Positions 50,185 to 59,703 of a stretch of 64,000 nt of DNA are shown one piece after another. The notes below the pieces were generated by a model. It was not told the DNA's origin, made no database searches, and was given only the letters and a program-made list of their open reading frames with translations. The translations under genes were made by a program, and so were the position numbers. Numbering within the stretch: the stretch's first letter is position 1; the number at the start of each line of letters is the position of its first letter. The stretch is from IMG/VR virus record IMGVR_UViG_3300031949_000005, positions 103,641-167,640 of that record, one strand, 5' to 3'. This DNA comes from a virus.

Positions 50185-50749
50185 TCTCTAAGATTTTTTG
50201 TTTTGTTTTTTGAAAATTTCTCCATTTTTTATTAGTATTCATTCCAGATTTATCACGGTATATTTGTTTATATATATTAATTTTATCGTCATCGGTAAGA
50301 TTTTTTAATGAAAATAAGTCGTTTATTAAACTATAACTATTCTCACATCCTATATTATTTAATTTATCATGATCGTTAGTTGACATCATATTTTCTAGTA
50401 AATGAAATTCATTATTATCAATGTTCAATATACTTATTATTTCTTCATCACTATGATTATTTGATTTTAAAAATGATATCTGGTTTATAATTTTCTTAAT
50501 ATCAAACGTTGCGGAAAAAATACTAGTAGATTTTATAGCCTCCCTATTTATATCTCTTGATATTATAATAAAAGCATATGATAGAAAATTACCATTTTTA
50601 TTTTTCCATTTTTGTTGTGCTTTTAAAAAGGATATAAAACCTATCTGTATATAATCTTCTTTAGTATTATAGCTATTCCTATATCTTTTAGCCGCTTGAT
50701 TAGCTAGGAAATATATAATATTTTTTATTTCACTAGAATGGCAATTCAT
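50168..50749 (-). CDS. Phage sigma-70-like factor
   Basis: Region-2-like EDYIQIGFISFLKAQQKW...NFLSYAFIII; region-3-like SDEEIISILNI; region 4 appears reduced. Confidence 0.7.
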   Translation of the reverse strand: MNCHSSEIKNIIYFLANQAAKRYRNSYNTKEDYIQIGFISFLKAQQKWKNKNGNFLSYAFIIISRDINREAIKSTSIFSATFDIKKIINQISFLKSNNHSDEEIISILNIDNNEFHLLENMMSTNDHDKLNNIGCENSYSLINDLFSLKNLTDDDKINIYKQIYRDKSGMNTNKKWRNFQKTKQKILESGYFE

Positions 50750-51191
50750 CGTCATCATCTGCTTCGTCATTAACTGGTACACTTACTGGTGCTTGTACCT
50801 TTTTCTTTATATCTTTAACAGGTGGTTTTTTATTGACAGAAATATTTGCTTCACCTTCTCGGCTATGATTAGAAACACATAAAGAGAAATCTTTTAATTC
50901 TAACGTATAAGATGTTCTTTTTTCACCCTCTTTCGTTTCCCATGATTCTTGTACTACTTCACCTTCGCAAAAAACCTTATTGCCCTTTTTAACTGATTCT
51001 GCTAATTTATTACCCTTGTCGCCCCAACATTGAACCTTAAAGAAACTTGGTTTTTCTTGCCATTCACCATTCGCATCTTTGAAATTTCTCTTAAAAACCA
51101 TATTAACAACACAAACAGTGGTTTTCCCGACCTGTCTTACTTCTGGATCAGCAGTACAAACACCAACACCAAAACAACGTAAATTAGCCAT
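50733..51191 (-). CDS. ssb: Single-stranded DNA-binding protein
   Basis: ADPEVR...FFKVQCWG...KKG.KV..EG....WE...GEKR; acidic DDELPF tail. Confidence 0.92.
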   Translation of the reverse strand: MANLRCFGVGVCTADPEVRQVGKTTVCVVNMVFKRNFKDANGEWQEKPSFFKVQCWGDKGNKLAESVKKGNKVFCEGEVVQESWETKEGEKRTSYTLELKDFSLCVSNHSREGEANISVNKKPPVKDIKKKVQAPVSVPVNDEADDDDELPF

Positions 51192-51202
51192 GATTTTCCT
51201 TT

Positions 51203-52945
51203 CTATAGCAACTTCACAATATCGTTCACAATAAAACTTCCGTTCTTCTTATAACCAGTTATAAGAGCTACGACATTTTCTTTACAAAAACTTTTTAATA
51301 TTTCATAACTATCTGGAAATACAACGGCATGATCAATGGAGTATGTTGAATCGGATATTGTTAAGAAACACATTGGCGATCCTGGATTTTTACCTTTCTT
51401 TGTTTTTGTGTGCTTTACGTTATCTATTATAGCACAAACTTTAATATTGCCGTTATTACCCGATTTAGCTATATCTATACAATTATGATTAGCGTCACTA
51501 CTATCGGCGTCATCAGCTTCTGAACAAGAAAGAGATATTCCAAGAAAATGTTTTTCGGCCATAGCGTTGCCAGTATTTGTATCATTTTCATGAATTTTTA
51601 AAGCTTTAATTTTTTCAATTATTATATCTCTTCTTTTTTCATTACTTATAACGGATTTTATTTCTTTATATCCATTTTCTATTAAAGAATTTATTAATTG
51701 TGATTTAGTTCCTTTTTCTATATTAATACCACCATCGAAAAATTCGAAAGTTAGTTTTTGTAATTCATCTTTGGACATTTGTTTTAATGATGGTTTTTGA
51801 TTATTGTAAATATTAACCATTTCCTCCAAAACATCCACAGCAGATAAATTACTAGATTTTATTTTATCGAAAAAATAATCTTTTTCTTTTTGTGTTAAAC
51901 CTCTTATCTCTATTTTTTTATCATTCTCGTTGCGCGATGTAGTGCCAAGAATAGCTTCTAATTCTTTAATCATATCTATTCGTGACATTTTATAACAATC
52001 ACATGCTCCGGATTTAATTAAAGCTATCCCAACATCCCTATGTAGTTCTGGTATTGAACATAAAAAATCGGACCATTTATTAAAATTGTCTTGATTCTTT
52101 AGTATAGTTTTAATAGCATTTTGTCCAACGCTTCTTATATGGGACAAGCCAAAACTTATTGAATCGTCTATAATCTTAAAATGTACATTCAATTTTCTTA
52201 TATCTGGTGGTAAGATATTTATTCCGAACAACCTAGCGTCTTGAACCAACTTATATATTTCCTCTTTTGGATCTCCCTTATAACTTGAATACGTTAAAAA
52301 GCTTGTAAAAAATTCATGTGGAAAATGGCACTTTAAATAACCCGTTTGGTATCCGGTGTAAGCATAAGCTATCGAATGTGACTTATTAAAACCATATCTT
52401 TGACTTTTTTCTATCCACCCAAATATTTCTTCAGCTATTCCTCTCGGTACTATTCCACTTTTTTCGGCACCGTTTATAAATTTTTGTTTTAAGGAGGACA
52501 TTAATTCTGGAATTTTTTTACCAATAGCTTTTCTTAGATCATCAGCTTCTTCTAGTGTAAATCCAGCTATTTCTGATGCTATTTTTAATGCCTGTTCCTG
52601 ATATATCATACATCCATATGTAGACTCTAGTATTGGTTTCAATGCCTTATGAATATACGTTATACAGTCTGGATTAAATTTGTTTTGTATATATTCATCA
52701 CTTATACCGGCTTCGAGGCATCCTGGTCTTATTATCGAAATTACCGCAGCAAGTTCTTCTATTGATTGTGGTTTTACTTTCCTAGACCAGTCTTGACCTA
52801 ATTTAGTTTCTAATTGGAAAACTCCCTGTGTATATCCTGTCGATATGAGATTCCATGTGGCGGAACAATCGAGGGGGATATTTCTTATATCGAAATTACC
52901 TTTTTCTATCTCGCAAGAACATGATGAAAATTTAATTTTTTTCAT
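51203..52945 (-). CDS. dnaE: DNA polymerase III alpha subunit, C-terminal half of a split gene
   Basis: GVFQLE, IIRPG, TYGCMIYQEQ, ADDLRKAIGKK, YGFNKSHS.AY, LPPD, FGLS.I..VG, OB fold; no PHP domain or PDxD catalytic motif. Confidence 0.88.
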   Translation of the reverse strand: MKKIKFSSCSCEIEKGNFDIRNIPLDCSATWNLISTGYTQGVFQLETKLGQDWSRKVKPQSIEELAAVISIIRPGCLEAGISDEYIQNKFNPDCITYIHKALKPILESTYGCMIYQEQALKIASEIAGFTLEEADDLRKAIGKKIPELMSSLKQKFINGAEKSGIVPRGIAEEIFGWIEKSQRYGFNKSHSIAYAYTGYQTGYLKCHFPHEFFTSFLTYSSYKGDPKEEIYKLVQDARLFGINILPPDIRKLNVHFKIIDDSISFGLSHIRSVGQNAIKTILKNQDNFNKWSDFLCSIPELHRDVGIALIKSGACDCYKMSRIDMIKELEAILGTTSRNENDKKIEIRGLTQKEKDYFFDKIKSSNLSAVDVLEEMVNIYNNQKPSLKQMSKDELQKLTFEFFDGGINIEKGTKSQLINSLIENGYKEIKSVISNEKRRDIIIEKIKALKIHENDTNTGNAMAEKHFLGISLSCSEADDADSSDANHNCIDIAKSGNNGNIKVCAIIDNVKHTKTKKGKNPGSPMCFLTISDSTYSIDHAVVFPDSYEILKSFCKENVVALITGYKKNGSFIVNDIVKLL

Positions 52946-52951
52946 TTATTG

Positions 52952-53665
52952 TTACCAGTTCAAAGATCCTATAGCGCCATTGAAAAAGCTTGTCTCAGAT
53001 CCATTTCTTATGATTTCTTTCTTTATTGATTCTGGAAAATTATCTGCATATTTTCTTAGCCATATTGGATCTATATTAATTGTATTACCACAACTACCAA
53101 TTATTTCTTTGTTTGAATCTTTTTTTACTATTGCTGCTACATTATATCCGGCTGTTCTATATTTTCCATCTTTTATATTAAATCCAGTTCTAAATAATAA
53201 ATTCATTAAATGGCCAACATTCCAACCAGTAAATATATGCTGATCAACGATTAAATCTTTATATTCAGGAACAATTACACATAATATACCACTTTCTTTT
53301 AAATTTTCATGACAAGTTTGTAGGAAATCAAATGGATTATTTAAATGCTCCAAACAATGCGACATCCATATTCCGTCGAACCCTTCTTCCAAAAACGAAT
53401 TTAATGGAATGCCATAATTAAGATCAAAATTAACGAATAAAAAATTATTATAATCTTTTGATAATTGTTTTATTTTATTATTACAATCTGCGCCAACTGC
53501 GATAACATTAAATCCATTATCTAAAAGCTTTTTAGATTCAATACCATCTCCAGGACCAATATCTAATATATTTTTATAATTATTGCTTTTTATTATTGAT
53601 AAAAATTTATCAAATATTTCGTCTTTATGTTTCGGATCATGTCGATTCATTATAGATATATCCAA
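52952..53665 (-). CDS. Class I SAM-dependent methyltransferase
   Basis: ILDIGPGDG, FDGIWMSHCLEH, LKESGILCVIVP. Confidence 0.85.
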   Translation of the reverse strand: MDISIMNRHDPKHKDEIFDKFLSIIKSNNYKNILDIGPGDGIESKKLLDNGFNVIAVGADCNNKIKQLSKDYNNFLFVNFDLNYGIPLNSFLEEGFDGIWMSHCLEHLNNPFDFLQTCHENLKESGILCVIVPEYKDLIVDQHIFTGWNVGHLMNLLFRTGFNIKDGKYRTAGYNVAAIVKKDSNKEIIGSCGNTINIDPIWLRKYADNFPESIKKEIIRNGSETSFFNGAIGSLNW

Positions 53666-54195
53666 GTCCTTTTCTTGTCTATGTCTCTAATGGTACATAT
53701 ACTTATATTAAATATTTCTGATATTTCTTTATATATTAATTTTTTATTTTCAAGTAATCTTTTTATAATTCTAACTTGCCATTCGTTTAATTTAGCCTTT
53801 ATATTTTTAGAACCTATAGAATTTTTAACATCAAACACATACTGTCTATTAAGCTTTATTCTATCTAAACAGTTTTCTTTTGGCGTTCCCCATTTTAAAT
53901 TTTCTAATGTATTGTTCCGAGCATTGCTATCCAAATGCCTGCATTCCATGCCGGAAGGGCGTGGACCAATAAATGCATTCAATACGAGTTTGTGAATAGT
54001 ATGCATTTTTCTAATCTTATCATTTACTAGACATACTATTAAATGGTTATATTTACTATACTTTACGGGTCGTAATATTATAGTATTTCTCTGTTGTTTT
54101 TTAGGTAATGATTTAATTCTACCTAAATTAGAAACTTCATACAAGCCCTCATATCCAATAACGGATTTCCAAATTTCTTTACTTAAATCATTCAT
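53650..54195 (-). CDS. NUMOD4-HNH homing endonuclease
   Basis: EIWKSVIGYEGLYEVSNLGRIKS; HKLVL.AFIG...CRHLD....NN.LENLKWGT..EN. Confidence 0.9.
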   Translation of the reverse strand: MNDLSKEIWKSVIGYEGLYEVSNLGRIKSLPKKQQRNTIILRPVKYSKYNHLIVCLVNDKIRKMHTIHKLVLNAFIGPRPSGMECRHLDSNARNNTLENLKWGTPKENCLDRIKLNRQYVFDVKNSIGSKNIKAKLNEWQVRIIKRLLENKKLIYKEISEIFNISICTIRDIDKKRTWIYL

Positions 54196-54764
54196 TTATT
54201 TATTTTCCAACAATTACCACCCATAGATACTTTTAAATTATTTTTTAAAGCGAATTCATTAACCGCTCTTTTAACATCCAGGTTGTTATAGTCATGGCCA
54301 CTCAAAATTCCGTTTTTTATAATTTTGGGCCACCAATTTTTAATATCAGATACGACCGATTCATAAGCATGATCAGAGTCCACGAACACCATATCTATAG
54401 AATTATCTTTAAAATATTTTATTGCATCAATACTATTGCAATGATATAAATGATAATCAGAACGATGTACTCCTAATTGTTCCATATTCTCGATGAAAAT
54501 TTCTTTTATTTTATTTCCATCTTTTCTCTGAATCTTTGAGGCTTCTGTTTCTGCGTTGATTCCACCAAAGAAATTGTCTATAATATAAACTTCGTTATGA
54601 TTTCTGATTGCTGTTTTAATCCATGATGCCGTACTGCGCCCTTTGAAGCACCCAATTTCAATTATAGTTCCCTGTTTTACATGAGAACATATATCTTGAA
54701 TGAATTTTGCATCTTCGTTAGAAAACCATCCCTCTATATCTATAAAGCTTTTTATTTCACTCAT
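54192..54764 (-). CDS. Class I SAM methyltransferase (Methyltransf_24-like)
   Basis: IEIGCFKGRST...IDNF...DMVFVDSDHAYE.V..DI..W...G.LSGHDY. Confidence 0.85.
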   Translation of the reverse strand: MSEIKSFIDIEGWFSNEDAKFIQDICSHVKQGTIIEIGCFKGRSTASWIKTAIRNHNEVYIIDNFFGGINAETEASKIQRKDGNKIKEIFIENMEQLGVHRSDYHLYHCNSIDAIKYFKDNSIDMVFVDSDHAYESVVSDIKNWWPKIIKNGILSGHDYNNLDVKRAVNEFALKNNLKVSMGGNCWKINK

Positions 54765-55720
54765 ATATAAACGCCATCCCCAATAACTTTTAATAATTTG
54801 TCTTGATCGAATGATCCGTTTTGATTTATAATAATTAAATCGTTTTGTTCTGGAAAATCATTCCAGTGAATCCCCCATGGAGTACAAAGTTTAATCCCGT
54901 ATGACAGATAAGCCGCAAGCACAGAAAACGAGGACTGTCCATTTATTAATACATCACAATTGACCATGTTGTGAAATGTATCAAAAGTGTTTTCATTTAT
55001 ATGAAATTTAACGTTACGACAACCACTTAGTAATTCTATCTCCTCTTCGTCTATGTCGTATGAATATATATGTATTATATGTTCTTTATCAAATTTTATT
55101 TTATTTATATTATTAATTATTCTTATATAATAATCTATTTCTTTCCATCTATTAAATTGTGTATTCCTAGATACGTCGCCCGCTCTTCTATGTAGGGCTA
55201 TATTTATAAATGATCTATCAAGATAGTTAATTGTTTGTGGTTGTTTTGACTTAGCTAGGTGATATTTATTTCTTAATATGTTGTTATTAAATATATCCCA
55301 ATCTATGTGGAAAAATTGTCCATCTGATAATTCACTTATTTGATATAGCACATTTGGTTTATCCATTGTACTCAAATCTGATCCTAATAAATATTTAAAT
55401 TCTAGATTGTCCCATTTAGCTTGTTCTATATATGGCAATTGTATTTTATGGATTAGATTTTTTGACAAATCATTTAATGTTAATTCATTTTGTCCAAAAT
55501 TTAAAAAATTATTCCATAACTTTACTGGTCGATCAATTTGGAATGCATTAGATTTTTTTGAAGCCCACGTACCATCATTATCTCCAGCAAACGGTTGCCA
55601 TATAAATTTAAGATTGTATTTTTTAGATAAGATATATGACGTAAGGAAACAAAGAAATTGATGCCCTATTCCTCTCCAAGCATTTTTTGGATTAGGATTT
55701 ACTGTTATATATTTATTCAC
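54761..55720 (-). CDS. GDP-sugar (fucosyl-type, GT11/GT23-like) transferase
   Basis: GIGHQ, IALHRRAGDV, TFH.M..CDVLI.GQSSFSVLAAYL. Confidence 0.7.
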   Translation of the reverse strand: MNKYITVNPNPKNAWRGIGHQFLCFLTSYILSKKYNLKFIWQPFAGDNDGTWASKKSNAFQIDRPVKLWNNFLNFGQNELTLNDLSKNLIHKIQLPYIEQAKWDNLEFKYLLGSDLSTMDKPNVLYQISELSDGQFFHIDWDIFNNNILRNKYHLAKSKQPQTINYLDRSFINIALHRRAGDVSRNTQFNRWKEIDYYIRIINNINKIKFDKEHIIHIYSYDIDEEEIELLSGCRNVKFHINENTFDTFHNMVNCDVLINGQSSFSVLAAYLSYGIKLCTPWGIHWNDFPEQNDLIIINQNGSFDQDKLLKVIGDGVYI

Positions 55721-56120
55721 TAAAATATCCTATACATAAATTAATAAATCCATAAGTATCTTTTTCAGTCTTATCAATTATTATCCCGTTTAATATTGGT
55801 ATTTTTAAATTTTCTATTTTATGAAATTTGTCAATGTCATATGTTTGCAATCCATTAAAAATCATAGATATAATTTTTTTGGATAAATAATTGGTAATAT
55901 CTTCTTTATCTGATATAATATCCTTAGTTTCAACTATTGCACATAATTCAAACATGGGCAAATGAATATTAGATCCTTCTGTTTTTATTATATATGGTTT
56001 TGTATCGAATATATAAATATCCTTTTCATTAGATGGATAACATGGATATACGAATGGTTTTTCGCCGAAAATTTCTATACATTGATTAAAAAAGGCTAAT
56101 TCTGGTTTAACATATTCCAT
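55713..56120 (-). CDS. Hypothetical protein
   Basis: Co-directional ORF in the cluster. Confidence 0.5.
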   Translation of the reverse strand: MEYVKPELAFFNQCIEIFGEKPFVYPCYPSNEKDIYIFDTKPYIIKTEGSNIHLPMFELCAIVETKDIISDKEDITNYLSKKIISMIFNGLQTYDIDKFHKIENLKIPILNGIIIDKTEKDTYGFINLCIGYFSE

Positions 56121-56135
56121 ATAATATCTTTCAAT

Positions 56136-56306
56136 TTATCTTCTTTGTTCTGGATATCGTTCCTCATTTTCTATTAATAAATCCTTTGCTAGGTCGTAAC
56201 CTTCCCAATTATCTACTCCTACTGTTCTTAATGCTTCTAGGAAACGAATTTCTTTTTTCATATTATCATATTCTTTTTTCGTTATTGTTACCATTTCTTC
56301 ATTCAT
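56136..56306 (-). CDS. 56-aa phage protein with a GVDNWEGY motif (not in the ORF track)
   Basis: Manual translation MNEEMVTITKKEYDNMKKEIRFLEALRTVGVDNWEGYDLAKDLLIENEERYPEQRR*; ATGA-coupled. Confidence 0.75.
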   Translation of the reverse strand: MNEEMVTITKKEYDNMKKEIRFLEALRTVGVDNWEGYDLAKDLLIENEERYPEQRR

Positions 56307-57274
56307 ATTTTTGTCTCACTCAAAGTATTTATCAATTTCTCTTTACTAAAATCCATATTATTATCAACTGATATTAAATCTTTAAAATTATCGTTTTTAG
56401 GAAAACTATGGTCTAAATAAATAGAAAAAGGAATCACTAATTTTATACCCTTATTTAAATATGCTGCCAATACAGAAAATGCGCTCTTTGCATTTACCAA
56501 TACATCTGCCATAACCATTCTATGAAACGTAATATACGGCGATTCATTTAAATGAAATGATAAGATACCGCCAAACATGGCATCTTTTCCAAGCTCGTGG
56601 AAATCTTTTATATCTCCTTCTGAGCATATATGTATTCTTACTTTATTTTGTATATATCTTCTATCCATGGTCAAACAAATATTTTCTAATAAATGTCTAT
56701 ATTGCTTATCTGTTATCCATCTTTCTGGTTGATCTACGGGATTAATATCGCCCTTGCGAATATGGCAAACTACATTAATAATATTTGAATCACAATCAAG
56801 GCTAACAGGATTTTCCAAACGCGCCGCATCATATTTCTCTCTTAAGTCATTGTTCAACCAGTATAACCAACTCATTCCTAAACTTTGACCAGGTGATGTT
56901 CTTAATATTATGTTTTCATCTTCGGTAATGGAAGAATATTTATATTTATGAATAATAGATTTAAAATTATCTGTATTAGCAGGAAAGGAAAATTTCGGTA
57001 ATTCTATTATTTTATAATTTGCGATATTGTCTATACTATAATGTGTGACGCCCCTACTATTTAATTTAGATGGAACTATTTTATCAAATCCTAGAAAATT
57101 ATTCCAATTTGTTCCCATATATTCTGGAATTACTGGATTATATATATATCGTAGACCATATTGTTGAGCTAAAACTGGCCCGACCAACCAAGCTAGTGCA
57201 AAATGTCCCGCCGCACCGTCTTGGTCATTTCTTTTTTTAATGTTTTGTTCGTGTATGGTTGTGATATAGATCAT
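56303..57274 (-). CDS. GDP-sugar (fucosyl-type, GT11/GT23-like) transferase, paralog of 54761
   Basis: DGAAGH, VVCHIRKGDI, ICSEG, TFHRMVMADVLV.AKSAFSVLAAYL. Confidence 0.7.
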   Translation of the reverse strand: MIYITTIHEQNIKKRNDQDGAAGHFALAWLVGPVLAQQYGLRYIYNPVIPEYMGTNWNNFLGFDKIVPSKLNSRGVTHYSIDNIANYKIIELPKFSFPANTDNFKSIIHKYKYSSITEDENIILRTSPGQSLGMSWLYWLNNDLREKYDAARLENPVSLDCDSNIINVVCHIRKGDINPVDQPERWITDKQYRHLLENICLTMDRRYIQNKVRIHICSEGDIKDFHELGKDAMFGGILSFHLNESPYITFHRMVMADVLVNAKSAFSVLAAYLNKGIKLVIPFSIYLDHSFPKNDNFKDLISVDNNMDFSKEKLINTLSETKI

Positions 57275-58006
57275 TTATTTTTCACCTTCCATATTTAAAC
57301 TTATTAAAAATCCATTCTCTTTATCCATTTTTGGAAGGAATGCTTGTGAATGGTCGTCCCATTTACCATGATCAACTTGTTTCCAGTCCCACCATCTTAC
57401 ATTACTAAATCCGCAATCCTCTAATAATTTCTTAAGAGAGTCGTAATCATAAACTGTTTTGTGGTATATCTTATCTCCATTTACATCTATTCGCCCAAAC
57501 AACGGACCCAAGAAAGACTGTAATTTATATCTATCAGAATTATATAGCTTAACAACCATCTCAAAGTTTGTGACTGCCAACCTTAATATCCCAGATGGCT
57601 TTAATATTCTTTTCCATTCCTGCAAAATAGGGATGATTTCTTCTCTGTCAAAATATGGGATCATATGCGAAGAATAAATTAAATCTACAGAATTATCCTT
57701 GAATGGAAGTCTTTTAATATCGTGATAATGAATATGCGGAAAATTTGCTATATCTATATTAATCCATCCCGGCCAATTTCTTTTCCCAGGGCCTATGTGA
57801 AGTTTAATCTGTTTTCCCGGATAATCTTCTCTAGAGCAACAATGATTTTCACAACATCCATGTATATGATTACCATGTCCTACGCCGTGTTCACAAACCC
57901 ACTCTAATCGTCCATCTAATCGTTTAGTAAATTGCCATTTATTAATTTTTTCTGATTTCAAATGGCTGGCCCAGCTTTCTCTATTAAAATCATCGTCGCA
58001 TCCCAT
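57275..58006 (-). CDS. SAM methyltransferase-like protein with an N-terminal His/Cys-rich module
   Basis: VCEHGVGHGNHIHGCCENHCC fused to KLHIGPG...GWINID...LPF.DNSVDLIYSSH...EW.RILKP.G. Confidence 0.75.
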   Translation of the reverse strand: MGCDDDFNRESWASHLKSEKINKWQFTKRLDGRLEWVCEHGVGHGNHIHGCCENHCCSREDYPGKQIKLHIGPGKRNWPGWINIDIANFPHIHYHDIKRLPFKDNSVDLIYSSHMIPYFDREEIIPILQEWKRILKPSGILRLAVTNFEMVVKLYNSDRYKLQSFLGPLFGRIDVNGDKIYHKTVYDYDSLKKLLEDCGFSNVRWWDWKQVDHGKWDDHSQAFLPKMDKENGFLISLNMEGEK

Positions 58007-58605
58007 TATATAAATCCCCATTCTAATAATTCATTATCTAATAATTGTTCTAGATATCTTTGTATTTTTATAGGTAACTTTTTCCAAGAAAATATATTAC
58101 CATTACCAACATGATTTTTATAAATGAGATATTCCTTATTACAATTTTTATCACCTAAAGCATCTGATCTTTTTTCGTTACTTTTCATCGAGTATTCTTT
58201 TAATAAATATTTTCTTTGTTCTTCGTCTATATTAATATCAAAGAATCGTTCAAATTGATTAAATAAATAATCCTTATCTTTTATAAAATCCCTATATCTT
58301 AACCATAATATTTTTAAATTTTTATTATTTTGATATTTTGTCATTTCTTTATATTGTGGCAAAAAGTGTCGTTTATATATTATATCTATATTTTCTATTA
58401 TTGGTTTCCATGCATCTCTTCGTATCATTGTCGTGAAAAAACTTCTAAAATCTCTATATGTAACAATTACTGGCGAGTTTCCTTTTGTAAAATATGTATG
58501 TGTCTTGATTACTCTTGGTTTGAAAAGATGATTTAATATTTGCCATACAAAAGTACTCCCAGAACCAGTCATGCCATATTGTATAATTTCATTATTTTTT
58601 GGCAT
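58006..58605 (-). CDS. Sulfotransferase-like protein
   Basis: YGMTGSGSTFVWQIL, IKTH, VTYRDFRS, LRYRDF. Confidence 0.6.
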   Translation of the reverse strand: MPKNNEIIQYGMTGSGSTFVWQILNHLFKPRVIKTHTYFTKGNSPVIVTYRDFRSFFTTMIRRDAWKPIIENIDIIYKRHFLPQYKEMTKYQNNKNLKILWLRYRDFIKDKDYLFNQFERFFDINIDEEQRKYLLKEYSMKSNEKRSDALGDKNCNKEYLIYKNHVGNGNIFSWKKLPIKIQRYLEQLLDNELLEWGFI

Positions 58606-59021
58606 TATATAAATACCTTATCTTGTTCAACACCATTATATGGACCCGTTTTTGTTTCTAATATTAATGTATCATCTTCTAAGCATCTGTAATTATGTCC
58701 ACCAAATAATGTAATACTACAATCGCCTGCTCTTAAAATTACTTCTTGTAATATTGTATTATCTATATCGTATAAAATAGCCTCAAAGCTTCCTTGTAGG
58801 CATATCCAGGATTCTTGTGCTATTCTTTTAGTTTCAGTATTATCTTGTAAAATATGTTTATGTGGACGAAAAGTTTTCCCTTTTTCGAGTTCAAATGTAG
58901 CCAATTGAAGAAAATTGTCTTTTGGAATTAAATCATTTCTTTTATCTGAAATATCTTCTTTTCTATTAATAATATGAAGCAATAATTCTGGTTTAATTTT
59001 TGAATATATATATTCTGGCAT
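58605..59021 (-). CDS. Cupin (WbuC-like, sugar-cluster associated)
   Basis: F.PHKH...QE...L..GD......GH.Y......E.K.GPY. Confidence 0.7.
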   Translation of the reverse strand: MPEYIYSKIKPELLLHIINRKEDISDKRNDLIPKDNFLQLATFELEKGKTFRPHKHILQDNTETKRIAQESWICLQGSFEAILYDIDNTILQEVILRAGDCSITLFGGHNYRCLEDDTLILETKTGPYNGVEQDKVFI

Positions 59022-59022
59022 A

Positions 59023-59703
59023 TTATTTTTCCTTAATATGTTTCCATGTTTTATAATTTACAACGGAACAAATAGTAGTTATTCCAACATTAAATCTGAT
59101 AGACAATTCTTTTTGTGATATTCCTTCGGAATATAATTTTCTTATTTCTTTAACTTTATTATCATTTAATTTTGATAAACCATTCTTAGTACCATTATTA
59201 TTTGGTTGATATCTCGTTCCATGTTTAATTGAATCACAAGAGTTTTCTGACATTGTTCCCCATGCAATATTATATGGTAGACTATTTGTAGGATTTCCAT
59301 CTAAATGTCTACATACGGCTTTCGGGAATGGTTTTGGACCCACGAAATGCAATAACATTAATTCGTGGACACGAAATCTTTTATATATTTTATTTTTATA
59401 TAAATCTACATATAAATATCCGTTATTATCAATTCTTGGTTTTAATATTGTTCGAATGTTCAAATATTTTTCTTTGTTTTTTCGTATCTTTGATATAGTT
59501 ATTTGACTGATTTTAAATTTCTCCGATATTATTTTCCCCGATATTTTATTATTAATCATATCTATAATTTGTGGAATTATTTTTGAATCTATTTTTTTTC
59601 TATAATTAAAAGATTTTATATGCATTAAATTTGATATTTCATATAATCTTTCATAACCTATTATTGGTTTCCATATTTCATTTTCTAACATTTTTAGTTC
59701 CAT
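59023..59703 (-). CDS. NUMOD4-HNH homing endonuclease with HTH segments
   Basis: EIWKPIIGYERLYEISN; VHELMLLHFVG...CRHLDGNPTN...WGT.SEN. Confidence 0.85.
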   Translation of the reverse strand: MELKMLENEIWKPIIGYERLYEISNLMHIKSFNYRKKIDSKIIPQIIDMINNKISGKIISEKFKISQITISKIRKNKEKYLNIRTILKPRIDNNGYLYVDLYKNKIYKRFRVHELMLLHFVGPKPFPKAVCRHLDGNPTNSLPYNIAWGTMSENSCDSIKHGTRYQPNNNGTKNGLSKLNDNKVKEIRKLYSEGISQKELSIRFNVGITTICSVVNYKTWKHIKEK

